Assembly (NCBI GenBank): GCA_947169105.1
Contig: CAMVOL010000005.1
Location: 9,171-73,170, forward strand
Direction of reading: 5' to 3'
DNA from: an uncultured Bacteroidales bacterium
GTDB taxonomy: Bacteria; Bacteroidota; Bacteroidia; Bacteroidales; WCHB1-69
Length of the DNA stretch: 64,000 nucleotides
In this document: positions 26,086 to 35,729 of the stretch, piece by piece
Layout of the letters: every line of letters begins with the position of its first letter
Position numbering within the stretch: the first letter of the stretch is position 1
Notes under the pieces: generated by a model
What the model was told of the DNA's origin: nothing
Seen by the model: the letters and a program-made list of their open reading frames with translations, nothing else
The model's database searches: none
Program-made: the position numbers and the translations under genes

Positions 26086-27192
26086 ATGTTTATCAAGGAA
26101 GTAACGACACACAAAGAGTTGAAGGACTTTATCCAGTTCCCGAAGAAGCTCTACCACGGCTGTCTGCACTATGTGCCGCCGTTGGACTCTGCCGAAATGC
26201 AGGCATTAACCCATCATCCCGCAATGGAATTCTGCACGCTGAAATTGTGGATGGCCTATGAAAACGAAGAAGTTGTCGGACGGATTGCCGGCATCATCAA
26301 CCACAAATGTAACGAGTTGAAAGGGCAAAAACGGGTTCGATTCGGCTGGTTTGACACCATTGACGATTATTCTGTTGCGGAAGCTCTTTTGTCCACCGTC
26401 GAAGCGTGGGGCAAAGAGAACGGGCTGACGGAACTTTGCGGTCCGTCACGCTTTTCCAATATGGACAAGCAGGCCATGCTGGTGGAAGGCTTCGACCAAA
26501 CCTCCTCCATTGAGGCGGACTACAACTACCCGTATTATCCGCAATTCGTTGAGAAATTCGGCTTAGTAAAAGAGGTCGATTATGTGCAATACAAGGTTCA
26601 GGTGCTGGAAGTTCCCGAGAAAATCAACAGTCTTTGCGAAAGGATAACGGAACGGAGCAAGGTGCATTTCCACAAGTTCAAGAACAAGGCGGAAATGAAG
26701 CGTTATGGCAAGGAGTTTTTCAAAGTCATCAACCAGAGCTACCAGCACATTTTCAATTTTATCCCGCTTACCGAAAAGGAGATTGACTATATGGTGGACA
26801 ACAACTTTGCCGTCGCCGATCTCGAACTGGTTTCTGTATTGGAAGACGAAAATGGGAAAATGGTCGGCATTGCCTTCTGTCTGCCTTCATTGAGCGAGGC
26901 GTTCCGAAAAGCAAACGGGCGCTTGTTCCCCTTCGGATGGATACATATACTTCGTGCACTGAAGCGTAACAATTTGGTGGATATGTATTTGACGGGCGTT
27001 ATTCCCGAATATGCGAACAGCGGGATTCACATCCTCTACCATAAGCAGCTGAATGAGGCTTTTCTAAAAAAAGGATACCAGTACGCCATCACATCGCAGC
27101 AATTAGAGACCAACAACGCCATCCATATCTGGTCGAAGTATGCTGCGGAGCCGTTCTGCCGCCGCCGTTGCTACAAAAAGGACATACTCTAA
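26086..27192 (+). CDS. Uncharacterised GNAT-like acyltransferase family protein
   Basis: 368 aa. The N-terminal half (VVGRIAGIINH...RFGWFDT...AEALLSTVEAWGKENGL) looks like an acetyltransferase fold, but the family assignment comes from memory only. Confidence 0.45.
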   Translation: MFIKEVTTHKELKDFIQFPKKLYHGCLHYVPPLDSAEMQALTHHPAMEFCTLKLWMAYENEEVVGRIAGIINHKCNELKGQKRVRFGWFDTIDDYSVAEALLSTVEAWGKENGLTELCGPSRFSNMDKQAMLVEGFDQTSSIEADYNYPYYPQFVEKFGLVKEVDYVQYKVQVLEVPEKINSLCERITERSKVHFHKFKNKAEMKRYGKEFFKVINQSYQHIFNFIPLTEKEIDYMVDNNFAVADLELVSVLEDENGKMVGIAFCLPSLSEAFRKANGRLFPFGWIHILRALKRNNLVDMYLTGVIPEYANSGIHILYHKQLNEAFLKKGYQYAITSQQLETNNAIHIWSKYAAEPFCRRRCYKKDIL

Positions 27193-27204
27193 CCCGTTGA
27201 TACA

Positions 27205-28020
27205 ATGAGTTCCATCAGCCCTTCGATATCTTCCGAGGCGGCACGAAAGTACGCCGTAGTTACGGGTGCGAGCCGCGGGCTCGGACGGGCCTTTGCGGAG
27301 GAACTTGCCCGCCGTGGCATCCCGACCCTCCTTGTCAGTTCCAATCACCATATTTCGGACCTTTGCGAATATCTTCGTCGAACCTATCAGGTGAATAGCA
27401 ACCACGTTGTCGCCGACCTTACCCGCAAGGAGGAGGTGCTGGCGGCCGCGGACGAAATCAACGCGAAATATGAAGTCTTCCTGCTGGTCAACAATGCCGG
27501 CTTAGGAGGCTCACAGGCATTTGAAGCCACTGACATCGAATACATTGACAAAATCATCCAGCTTAATGTAACGTCAACGTCCCTGCTGACGCGCGCCCTT
27601 CTTCCGAACCTGCTGAAACAAGGGAGAGCTTTCGTCCTCAATGTCTCCAGTATGGCCGCACACACGCCCATCGGGTACAAGATGGTCTATCCGGCAAGCA
27701 AGGCATTCGTCAATGCCTTCTCCTTCGGACTCAGGGCTGAGTTCAAAAACCGCGGACTTTCCGTCAGCGTGGTTTGTCCCGGCGCGATGGCCACCAGCGA
27801 AGGAATCCGGAAACGCATTGAGAAACAGGGCTTTTTCGGAAAGCTCACACTCGTTCCTCCCGAAAAAGTGGCACAGAAGTGCATCACCCAAACCTTCAAG
27901 GGAAAGCGGGAGATTCTGGTGAACCCCGTTAGCTACTTTTTTTCCAAGATAGTTCCCACACGCATAAGGACTTCTATCCTGACGAAAGTGGTGCGACGGG
28001 AAGTCGAAACGGGACAGTAA
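27205..28020 (+). CDS. Short-chain dehydrogenase/reductase (SDR)
   Basis: TGASRGLG cofactor motif and YPASK catalytic motif. It lies 12 nt downstream of the previous gene. Confidence 0.85.
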   Translation: MSSISPSISSEAARKYAVVTGASRGLGRAFAEELARRGIPTLLVSSNHHISDLCEYLRRTYQVNSNHVVADLTRKEEVLAAADEINAKYEVFLLVNNAGLGGSQAFEATDIEYIDKIIQLNVTSTSLLTRALLPNLLKQGRAFVLNVSSMAAHTPIGYKMVYPASKAFVNAFSFGLRAEFKNRGLSVSVVCPGAMATSEGIRKRIEKQGFFGKLTLVPPEKVAQKCITQTFKGKREILVNPVSYFFSKIVPTRIRTSILTKVVRREVETGQ

Positions 28021-28057
28021 TCATTCCATTCATTCAAAGAACGTTTTGTATATAGCG

Positions 28058-28789
28058 TCAAAGAAGCCCTTCGGCGTAAAAGCTGTAGGCGTCCTCTTTG
28101 TGTAGGATGATGTGGTCCTGAATGCGGATGTCGAACATTTCTGCAGCTTTACGGACTTTTTGTGTCATAGTAATGTCCGGCTCACTGGGTTTCAAATTTC
28201 CCGACGGGTGGTTGTGGCACAAAAACAGACCGGTGGCGCTGACCGCGACGGCCGTCTTGATGATACTACGGATATCAACAGTGGTGGAGGTTAGCCCTCC
28301 TGAACCTACTTGTTCCACTTTCAGGATAGTGTTGGCCTGATTTACATAAACCACCCAGAATTCTTCGTGGTCAAGCTCCGCCAGCTTACTCTGCATCAAC
28401 GAGATGACATCGTCCAAGCTGGTGATTTTTGCCGCTTGCTCCACTTCTTCGGCGCGGCGGCGGCGCCCCAGTTCGAAAGCAGCGTGCAGCGTGATGGCTT
28501 TCACCTTCCCAATCCCGTTCATCCGCTGCAAATCGGCAATGGTCATTTCCGCCAAACGGTTGATACTGTTGTCATTGGCCACCAGAATCTTTTTCGCAAG
28601 CTCCACCGCTGATTCGTCTTTGCTCCCGTTCCGTAGCAAGATGGCAATCAACTCGGCATCGCTCACAAAGCGACCGCCGTGAGCTAGGTACTTTTCGCGG
28701 GGACGGTCCGATACCGACCATTCAGGTATGGTCAAATGCTGGATATTATAATGGACATCCTTTGGGGGGGATGATGGAGATTCTTTCAT
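28058..28789 (-). CDS. radC: RadC-family JAB-domain protein
   Basis: An HhH region (LLRNGSKDESAVELAKKIL) and a JAMM motif (LCHNHPSGNLKPSEPD). Confidence 0.88.
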   Translation of the reverse strand: MKESPSSPPKDVHYNIQHLTIPEWSVSDRPREKYLAHGGRFVSDAELIAILLRNGSKDESAVELAKKILVANDNSINRLAEMTIADLQRMNGIGKVKAITLHAAFELGRRRRAEEVEQAAKITSLDDVISLMQSKLAELDHEEFWVVYVNQANTILKVEQVGSGGLTSTTVDIRSIIKTAVAVSATGLFLCHNHPSGNLKPSEPDITMTQKVRKAAEMFDIRIQDHIILHKEDAYSFYAEGLL

Positions 28790-28945
28790 TTATAAATAGT
28801 TTAAAATCAATATTATATCAAATATTACCTCTTGGGCTTTCTCATAAAAAATTGCAAATAGTGAGGATAGAAGCGACAGAAAACGAACTCCTTTCCTGAT
28901 TATCAGAAAAGTAAATGATACGATTCCTTAATGGAGGGTGGATGG

Positions 28946-29881
28946 TTAGTAGGCCTTTTGCCGTTTCAGCACGTAGGGCAACAGAATCTGGTCGAAGCCT
29001 TTGGTGATGTCAGCAGGGATGAGGTCAATCTGGTACTGTCCGCACTTGACTTTCAGCTCCTGAAAGTAGTCACCGATGGCAGCTTTGTAGTAATCACGAA
29101 TCTGGTTCGAGTGTATTTTCAACTCTTCGCCGGACTCCATATCGACAAAGCGGTAAAGCCGGTTTTCCAACGCGAAGTCGAACTCCAGTTTCTTGTGATA
29201 GGTATGGAAGAGTATCACCTCGTGCTTGTTATGACGCAGGTGCTGGAGGGCGAGAAGGAGTTCCTCGGTATTCCGATTCGATTCGAGCATATCACTGAAG
29301 ATGATGACCATCGAGCGGCGGTGGATCTGTTCGGCGATACGGTGGAGTGTGTCCGTCACCATCGACTTCCTCTGGACTTCCGCAGAAATCGGACGAAGTA
29401 GCTTCTCCAGTTCCCGATAGATCATTTTCTGGTGCATCTCCCCTCCCCTTGCGTGGGTGTGAAGTTCCAATTTATCAGAAAAGACGCTCAAGCCGACTGC
29501 GTCACGCTGGTTCTTCAGCATCTGGATGAGGGCGGCGGCCGCATAGATGGAGAAGAATATCTTGTTTGGGGATGCCAGCGTGTAACTGTTCTGCAAGGGG
29601 AAGTACATCGAGGACGAATTGTCAATCACCAGATGGCATCGCAGGTTCGTCTCCTCTTCATAGCATTTGACAAATAGTTTGTCCGTTTTGGCATAGAGTT
29701 TCCAGTCGATATGTTTGGTCGGTTCGCCGGTATTGTACTGCCGATGTTCCGCAAATTCCACGGAAAAACCGTGCATCGGACTTTTGTGAATACCGGTGAT
29801 AAAACCCTCAACAACTTGTTTGGCAACAAATTCCAAATTATCGTACTGGGTTATTTGGGAAAAATCTATCGTATAATCCAT
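28946..29881 (-). CDS. DUF58 (vWA-like) protein
   Basis: GFSVEFAEHRQYNTGEPTKHIDWKLYAKTDKLFVKCYEEETNL is the DUF58 signature. I use the ATG at 29881, because the ORF-track start at 29884 is GTG. Confidence 0.8.
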   Translation of the reverse strand: MDYTIDFSQITQYDNLEFVAKQVVEGFITGIHKSPMHGFSVEFAEHRQYNTGEPTKHIDWKLYAKTDKLFVKCYEEETNLRCHLVIDNSSSMYFPLQNSYTLASPNKIFFSIYAAAALIQMLKNQRDAVGLSVFSDKLELHTHARGGEMHQKMIYRELEKLLRPISAEVQRKSMVTDTLHRIAEQIHRRSMVIIFSDMLESNRNTEELLLALQHLRHNKHEVILFHTYHKKLEFDFALENRLYRFVDMESGEELKIHSNQIRDYYKAAIGDYFQELKVKCGQYQIDLIPADITKGFDQILLPYVLKRQKAY

Positions 29882-29916
29882 CACTTGAAATTAGGGTGGC
29901 AAAGGTACAACTATTT

Positions 29917-31605
29917 TCATTTTCCTGTACCTCCTTTCCCATAGAGAAACTTTGTGATTTTACGGACGAATGTCTGATTGAGGGCGGAGGAATGCCCTGC
30001 TCCATATATCTCTGTTCCAGAAAGAACCATTGCTTCACTACTTCCCACATTCTGCAATATCACAGCCGGAAACACACTCACTCCAATGGTTTTCAAAAAC
30101 TTATCTTTACCTTCTGTCGGGACGAACAGTGGTGTAAAAGGAACCGTGAGGTGCTTCCGGACATCTTCTATCTGGTCCCGTTTTGCCAAGTAGCTGTCGG
30201 CATTATTGAACACCACACAGACTTTACAGATGGCAGTGTCAATAGTGCTGACAAATGAAAAGAGACTTTCTTCGCAGCTGTGGCACTGCGGCGGATTATT
30301 CACAATGAAGATTGTTCCAGACAGGGACGTCTCCCATTCCGTAAACGCTTTCCCTTCGTAGGTACGCAGTTCCAAGTCCTTGATGTCACATCGTCGTTCC
30401 GCCCCATCCGTGCGGAGTTTTGCCACACGCACTCTGTATTCGGGCATTCCACTGGCAAAATATCGCTCCACTGAATCTGCGTATGCCCGCCCCGTTTTGC
30501 CTCGCCACTCGACAGAAGCTTCCCGTACGATCTGCACAATACGTTCTTCATCAACCACTTGTAGGCACAACTCCCGTTGGGCATAATACAGAGGGAACAT
30601 CTCCCTTCCAATGACGGAATCTTCGGTGAAGTAATGTGAATAGGGTACTACACGCACCACCTGTCCTTCTTCACCATAACAGACCATGGCTGTCAGCACT
30701 TGTTCCTTCTTTTCAGATGAATCATAATGATGATACGACAGCATCAGCATCGAATCATTCAATGGATGAACCTCCAACGGGAAGGAACACTCTTTTGTAT
30801 GAAAAAAGGTAAACATCGCGCGGTCGCTGCCGTAGGGCATTTCGGAAATCTTTCGGACCAGTTCGTCCGGCATTGGTTGCCATCTGGGTATTTGAGGACG
30901 AATCACTGCAAGCAACTTCCCGTCAAGGGCGTATTTTTCAATACGGAGTTCAGGGGAGACCACAAAGTAGAGGGCTTTTCCTGTTTGTCTGACAAAACCA
31001 TTGGGTTCATATTGGAGCATAAACGGGGCTGGCAGCTGTAGCCCTCTCACAGAATCAAAGTCACTTCCGTGTTCCTTTTGCAACTTGAAAACAAATCGTC
31101 CCTCTTCAGGAACACGTTCCACAACTGCCAGTTTCCCGTTTGCAACAAACAGGCCATCTGGAAGATCTGTTGGGATTCTCCTCACGAAATCGTATTTGTT
31201 GTTTTTTCCTTTCTGGTACACAAGCACGCCATTTTGGAGGGATAGAAACAGCCGGTTTCCCATTACGCGGACTCCGCGGATCCAATATCGGCGGGCAACG
31301 GTCGCATTCGCCTTCTTTTCGGGAAGTGGGATAAAGTAGTTTGTCATCCGACCTGTGGAAAGGTCAATGACACAGACCGTTGCTGCGAACCCGTTCTCCT
31401 TATTCTGAAAGCTGCGACGATGGCAACAATAAAGGGAATTCCCCTCCACGCATCCCACCATTCCTTGCGGTTGAAGGACTCCGTCTCCCGAATCCAACGT
31501 CCACTCCCCTTCCAATACAAACGCCTCTGAAAGATGTGGTTGTGCCGTCATCGGAAGCGCAATCCACCAAAGGAAAAATAACATCAAAAAGTGCTTTCTG
31601 TCCAT
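29917..31605 (-). CDS. Hypothetical secreted protein: beta-propeller-like N-terminal region plus C-terminal thioredoxin-like region with CXXC
   Basis: The ATG at 31605 (MDRKHFLMLFFLWWIALPMTAQ) gives a signal peptide. The C-terminal segment IFIVNNPPQCHSCEE...VFPAVIL resembles a TlpA/redoxin fold. The domain calls are tentative. Confidence 0.55.
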   Translation of the reverse strand: MDRKHFLMLFFLWWIALPMTAQPHLSEAFVLEGEWTLDSGDGVLQPQGMVGCVEGNSLYCCHRRSFQNKENGFAATVCVIDLSTGRMTNYFIPLPEKKANATVARRYWIRGVRVMGNRLFLSLQNGVLVYQKGKNNKYDFVRRIPTDLPDGLFVANGKLAVVERVPEEGRFVFKLQKEHGSDFDSVRGLQLPAPFMLQYEPNGFVRQTGKALYFVVSPELRIEKYALDGKLLAVIRPQIPRWQPMPDELVRKISEMPYGSDRAMFTFFHTKECSFPLEVHPLNDSMLMLSYHHYDSSEKKEQVLTAMVCYGEEGQVVRVVPYSHYFTEDSVIGREMFPLYYAQRELCLQVVDEERIVQIVREASVEWRGKTGRAYADSVERYFASGMPEYRVRVAKLRTDGAERRCDIKDLELRTYEGKAFTEWETSLSGTIFIVNNPPQCHSCEESLFSFVSTIDTAICKVCVVFNNADSYLAKRDQIEDVRKHLTVPFTPLFVPTEGKDKFLKTIGVSVFPAVILQNVGSSEAMVLSGTEIYGAGHSSALNQTFVRKITKFLYGKGGTGK

Positions 31606-31617
31606 TTCGTTAGCAAG

Positions 31618-31625
31618 CAAAGTTA
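31618..31625 (-). promoter_or_regulatory. -7 promoter box (TAACTTTG) for the 31605 gene
   Basis: TAnnTTTG consensus on the - strand, 13 nt upstream of the ATG. Confidence 0.4.
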
Positions 31626-31771
31626 ACAATTGACCTTTTAACATTTGAAAGAAAAGAATGGAGATGCTATAGCCCATCGACCTAATTACTACCATGAACA
31701 AATGAAAAGAATATTGAAAGCAAAGCTATTGGCATCATCCATTCTGTTATTCAGCCCTATTCCGCGTAGTA

Positions 31772-32293
31772 TCAAGCGCGACGATTCAGCATATCGCTAT
31801 CGTCCACCTCAATGGTGATTACGATTTTGGCCTGCGGTGTGGCGGAGCGAGTATTATAGTTCCACGTAGCCTTGACAAAATAGAGCTTGGTCTTGTCCGT
31901 GCCCCGTATAGCTACTTTCTTGGAAGCAGTGGTGGCTCTTGTATTTCTTGCAAAGGCATTTTCCGATGCCTCAATCAGTTCATTGATTGCATTGATAATC
32001 TGCTCGTTATTCAATATAACACTGGGATCTTCCCGAACAATTCCAAAATCCATTTCGCCAATCTGACGCGATGCACGACACCACGAAAACCCAGCTCCCG
32101 TACAAGTCAGATTCACGCACGGCACTCCGTTCTGGTTACCGACATAGGTGGTGGTTACCTCGCGGTAGCAATTGAACAGATTCTGCCAACCGTCACCCTC
32201 CTTCGTGACTTCCAAAACGATTACTTTTCTACCAAAAGAGGGGAACAGCATTAACCCCATAGCCAAAATCAATAAAAATCTTTTCATAACCAT
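31772..32293 (-). CDS. Hypothetical small secreted protein (4 Cys)
   Basis: Signal peptide MKRFLLILAMGLMLFPSFG. I recognise no family. An alternative ATG lies at 32287. Confidence 0.55.
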   Translation of the reverse strand: MVMKRFLLILAMGLMLFPSFGRKVIVLEVTKEGDGWQNLFNCYREVTTTYVGNQNGVPCVNLTCTGAGFSWCRASRQIGEMDFGIVREDPSVILNNEQIINAINELIEASENAFARNTRATTASKKVAIRGTDKTKLYFVKATWNYNTRSATPQAKIVITIEVDDSDMLNRRA

Positions 32294-32487
32294 TAGAATT
32301 TAATTATTTGATAATAAAAACCTTACACTTTCGCAGTATTACATCCGAAGATGCAGTATCATCGTCAATCTGTTAAAATTGATAGCAAAATTCAGACATC
32401 GGCAGCCTTGAGCTTTTAATTTGTAAAGTTCTTCATTCTTAAATCTGGGTTGTAAAAAGGGGTGCCAGCCCTTGATTTCTGACACCG

Positions 32488-32495
32488 CAAAGATA
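32488..32495 (-). promoter_or_regulatory. -7 promoter box (TATCTTTG), about 190 nt upstream of the 32293 gene
   Basis: TAnnTTTG consensus in the context gTAtcTTTGcggtg on the - strand. It is followed by an AAGGG-ctggcac-CCCTT hairpin plus T-run at about 32455-32478. Confidence 0.35.
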
Positions 32496-32672
32496 CAACA
32501 ACTCGACCTCGAATTTCAAGTATTTCGGTTAAATTTTTGAAAATTTTTTATTTTTGATTTTCAATAACTTACGATGGAAACTCCAAAATTCGCAGAAAAT
32601 ACATGGATTTTCCGCTTGAATTTTCGGAGGAATTTTGAATTATTTACAAAAATATAACAATAGGTTTCCAGC

Positions 32673-33101
32673 TTACAATTTCTCAAAATTCCGAATGGCT
32701 TCCTTGTATTTTTCCTGAATTGGTGCCGAGGATTCCGTGGTACGGTCGAAGCCGGAAAGAACGCTTTTGCAGATTGTTTTAACACTTCCTTCCTCACGGC
32801 TCCGAAGTTGCTGGATCATCGAAATGCTTTTGTTCCCAATATGATAGATGGCTGTTTCACAGACAATATCGTCATGCACTTTGATGGGGCTTTTAAAGTC
32901 TAACTCGGTATGTACCAATACCATATCCATACTCAGCCAGTCAATTTTCTCGCCAAATACGGATTCAAAATAGCGACTGCGACCATAGTCGAAATAGTTG
33001 CACTGCACACCGTTGTTCACATGGGCAAACGGATCCAAGTCACACATCTTTATCTGAATCGGTACCGCAAATCGATAGGTCATTTCAAGAGATTCCACCA
33101 T
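32673..33101 (-). CDS. Acyl-CoA thioesterase, 4HBT (YbgC-like) family
   Basis: Hot-dog fold motif (CDLDPFAHVNNGVQCNYFDYGRSRYFE). ATGs at 33101 or 33083 are possible. I rejected the ORF-track start at 33218 because it overlaps the upstream gene. Confidence 0.75.
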   Translation of the reverse strand: MVESLEMTYRFAVPIQIKMCDLDPFAHVNNGVQCNYFDYGRSRYFESVFGEKIDWLSMDMVLVHTELDFKSPIKVHDDIVCETAIYHIGNKSISMIQQLRSREEGSVKTICKSVLSGFDRTTESSAPIQEKYKEAIRNFEKL

Positions 33102-33138
33102 CTTTTCAAAACAGTTGCATATATAATAATTGTATAGC

Positions 33139-34140
33139 TTACAGCAGCCGATATTTTTCGATTTCCGCTTCCATCTGCTGTATCGGAACAGGGACGACCC
33201 CGCTGTGCTCGCAGACAATGCCGCCCGCCAAATTGGCGATCTGGGCCGTCTGAATTGCAGTTAAACCAACAGAAAGACAGAGAGTTGCAACAGAAATCAC
33301 CGTATCACCCGCACCAGAAACGTCACTAATCTTGCGCAGGTACGCAGGCTGCGTGTAAAAGTCGTTGTTACGACGGTCATAAAGAGCCACGCCCTTTTCA
33401 GATAAAGTAGTGAAAACCAGATCAATAGCATTATCAGAAGCGAAGGACTCCATCACCCTATGAATCCCGTCTTCCGAAATGTCGTCAGGAGCTGCATTCA
33501 CCCCTTCCCACAACTCTTTAAGATTTGGCTTAAACAGGGTAACTCCCTGATAATGATTAAAATTCATCTTTTTAGGATCCACCGTAACAATCACTCCACG
33601 CTCCTTTGCCCAGCCCACCACCGTACGGATTACTTCTTCAGTCAGAACGCCTTTGTCGTAATCCTCAAAGATAATAGCATCAATCTTTTGATTTTCAATA
33701 ATTTTCTTAATCGCAGAAAGATAGGCTGTCTCCTCCCTTTCATTCAGCGGATGCCGATTCTCCTCATCAATGCGGAGCATTTGCAGGCGGTTGCCGACGA
33801 CACGGTATTTGATGGTGGTTTTTCTATTTTCCGACGGGATCAGTGATGATGTATCCAACTGTTTTTCAGCCATTAACCTGCTGAAAAGATCACCTTTTTC
33901 ATCATTGCCAATCACTGAACAAAGGATTGGAATGGCGGTAAGCGACCGCAGGTTAAGGGCCACATTGGCTGCACCACCGAGACGGTAGTACCGGTTGCAG
34001 ATGTCCACAATAGGCACCGGCGCTTCTGGGGAGATGCGGTTCACCCGCCCCTCCAAGTAGGCATCAATCATCACGTCACCGAGAACCAGCACTTTTTTTT
34101 TGGAAAAGGCCTTAAAAAGCTGTTGGGCAGTCTTTATCAT
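33139..34140 (-). CDS. rfaE: D-glycero-beta-D-manno-heptose-7-phosphate kinase (RfaE domain I, PfkB family)
   Basis: VLVLGDVMIDAYLEGRVNRISPEAPVPIV and DVSGAGDTVIS motifs, typical of RfaE domain I. Confidence 0.8.
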   Translation of the reverse strand: MIKTAQQLFKAFSKKKVLVLGDVMIDAYLEGRVNRISPEAPVPIVDICNRYYRLGGAANVALNLRSLTAIPILCSVIGNDEKGDLFSRLMAEKQLDTSSLIPSENRKTTIKYRVVGNRLQMLRIDEENRHPLNEREETAYLSAIKKIIENQKIDAIIFEDYDKGVLTEEVIRTVVGWAKERGVIVTVDPKKMNFNHYQGVTLFKPNLKELWEGVNAAPDDISEDGIHRVMESFASDNAIDLVFTTLSEKGVALYDRRNNDFYTQPAYLRKISDVSGAGDTVISVATLCLSVGLTAIQTAQIANLAGGIVCEHSGVVPVPIQQMEAEIEKYRLL

Positions 34141-34670
34141 ATATCCTCCTCATGTTCAATTACTTCGTCAGCGAGCCGACACTTCTCCTCCTGTGACATC
34201 TGGGCATTGATACGGGCCAGTATCTCTTCCTCCGACCAGTCGGGATTGCGACGGCGTATTCGCGCCACCCGCACCGGCACTGACGCATTGACAACGAACA
34301 CTTTGTCAAAATATTTTTCCAGATGGGACTCAAAAATGATTGCGGACTCCATCATCACCTCATCGGATTCCTGTGTCCGGGCCCAGTTTTCAAATTCAGC
34401 CATCACCAATGGATGGATTAGTGATTCCAATTTCTTCTGCGCCTCCGTATCCGCGAAAATCATCTCACCCATCTTCTTGAAATCCAACTTATTATCTGAA
34501 AAAATATCATCACCGAACAGTTCTCCAAGCCGCGCAACCACATCCTCACGGGCATAAAGCTTCTTGGCCTCTTCATCCGCATAAAAAACGGGAATTCCAT
34601 TTCGGATGAAATCCTTGGAAATGAATGTCTTACCCGTTCCTATCCCGCCTGTTAGCGCATACTTTTTCAT
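34137..34670 (-). CDS. coaE: Dephospho-CoA kinase
   Basis: P-loop LTGGIGTGKT and a CoaE layout. The stop overlaps the downstream start (ATGA). Confidence 0.88.
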   Translation of the reverse strand: MKKYALTGGIGTGKTFISKDFIRNGIPVFYADEEAKKLYAREDVVARLGELFGDDIFSDNKLDFKKMGEMIFADTEAQKKLESLIHPLVMAEFENWARTQESDEVMMESAIIFESHLEKYFDKVFVVNASVPVRVARIRRRNPDWSEEEILARINAQMSQEEKCRLADEVIEHEEDI

Positions 34671-34733
34671 ACGTGGGACCGCTTTTTCACGATTTTTTAT
34701 AAAAACACGTTGTCCCGTTTTACGTAAATGTTG

Positions 34734-34741
34734 TATTTTTG
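34734..34741 (+). promoter_or_regulatory. -7 promoter box (TATTTTTG) for the HMA-domain gene
   Basis: TAnnTTTG consensus, 40 nt upstream of the ATG at 34781. Confidence 0.45.
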
Positions 34742-34780
34742 TTGCCGATTTTTTGAAATTTCCTACAAAAACACCCGATT

Positions 34781-35158
34781 ATGAAAAAAGTTCTCATCTT
34801 TGTTGCCATCTTTGCGATGACATTTACCATGTTCGCCCAGCAACAAGCTAAGACACAAACTGTTACCATCCAGACGAACGGAACTTGTGCCCAATGCAAG
34901 AAAATTATGATGGACAATATTCCGCAATGGCCAGGAGTGAAAGAGTGCTCATACGATATGCAGACTGCGAAGGTCACCATCACTTATGAGACGAGGGGTA
35001 CGGATGTGGACAAACTGCGCGAGGGCATCCGGCTTTTGGGCTATGATGCCGACCATATCAAAGCTGACCCTGAGGCCCGTGCCAAACTGCCGAAGTGCTG
35101 CACGACCCCGAACAATTCTGCCGGAAACGGTTGCGGCGGTTGCGGACATCACCATTAA
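34781..35158 (+). CDS. Secreted heavy-metal-associated (HMA) domain protein with Cys/His-rich tail
   Basis: Signal peptide, HMA-like motif TNGTCAQCKK, and C-terminus KCCTTPNNSAGNGCGGCGHHH. Confidence 0.75.
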   Translation: MKKVLIFVAIFAMTFTMFAQQQAKTQTVTIQTNGTCAQCKKIMMDNIPQWPGVKECSYDMQTAKVTITYETRGTDVDKLREGIRLLGYDADHIKADPEARAKLPKCCTTPNNSAGNGCGGCGHHH

Positions 35159-35182
35159 TCCTTTCCAAAGAAAAGAACATAA

Positions 35183-35221
35183 CATCCTCTATTTCTTCTT
35201 AGAAAAAGAGGATGTTTTTTT
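35183..35221 (+). terminator. Rho-independent terminator after the HMA gene
   Basis: CATCCTCT (35183-90) pairs with AGAGGATG (35207-14) and is followed by T7. Confidence 0.65.
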
Positions 35222-35224
35222 CGC

Positions 35225-35653
35225 CTAACTGCGCCTCATCCGATGGACATCGGAAGAATCCCACGACTGGAACAAAAGGATATCGTGTATCGTGCGGATA
35301 AAAAGGATAAAAATATCTAATTTATTGTCCACAAACCACTTGATGGCAGCATCGTCTTTGCGGCACGCGGCTGCGAATTTGGAGAGAAAATCGCAATGGT
35401 ACTTTTCGAGCCACGCAATAGCCTCATCCTCATCATCAATGGCATCGCTGAGTACCCCAAATTCCGGGTAACCATTGTCGAACAGCCACTTGAGCGCGTC
35501 AGTATCGGAGTGGATGGCACCTGTCAGGGCAGCCAATTCGGGAAAGCCGTTCAGCATCAGAAAATCGGTGAACTTGCGGTCCCCTTTGAGACTTTCGCCC
35601 CATGCAAGGAGCACTTTCGGCTCGTAATCTAACAGACTGTGAAGTTCAGGCAT
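35225..35653 (-). CDS. Hypothetical cytoplasmic protein with about 25-aa A(I/L)xWLxxNGxPEF repeats
   Basis: I use the ATG at 35653, because the ORF-track start at 35725 is TTG. It has repeats (ALKWLFDNGYPEF / AIAWLEKYHCDF / AIKWFVDNKLDIF) and no signal peptide. Confidence 0.5.
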   Translation of the reverse strand: MPELHSLLDYEPKVLLAWGESLKGDRKFTDFLMLNGFPELAALTGAIHSDTDALKWLFDNGYPEFGVLSDAIDDEDEAIAWLEKYHCDFLSKFAAACRKDDAAIKWFVDNKLDIFILFIRTIHDILLFQSWDSSDVHRMRRS

Positions 35654-35729
35654 AACCAAAAACAGATGACGATGAACCTTTCCACAGGAGAAGAGAAGTT
35701 CATCGTCACATAATTTTATTCGCAAACAA

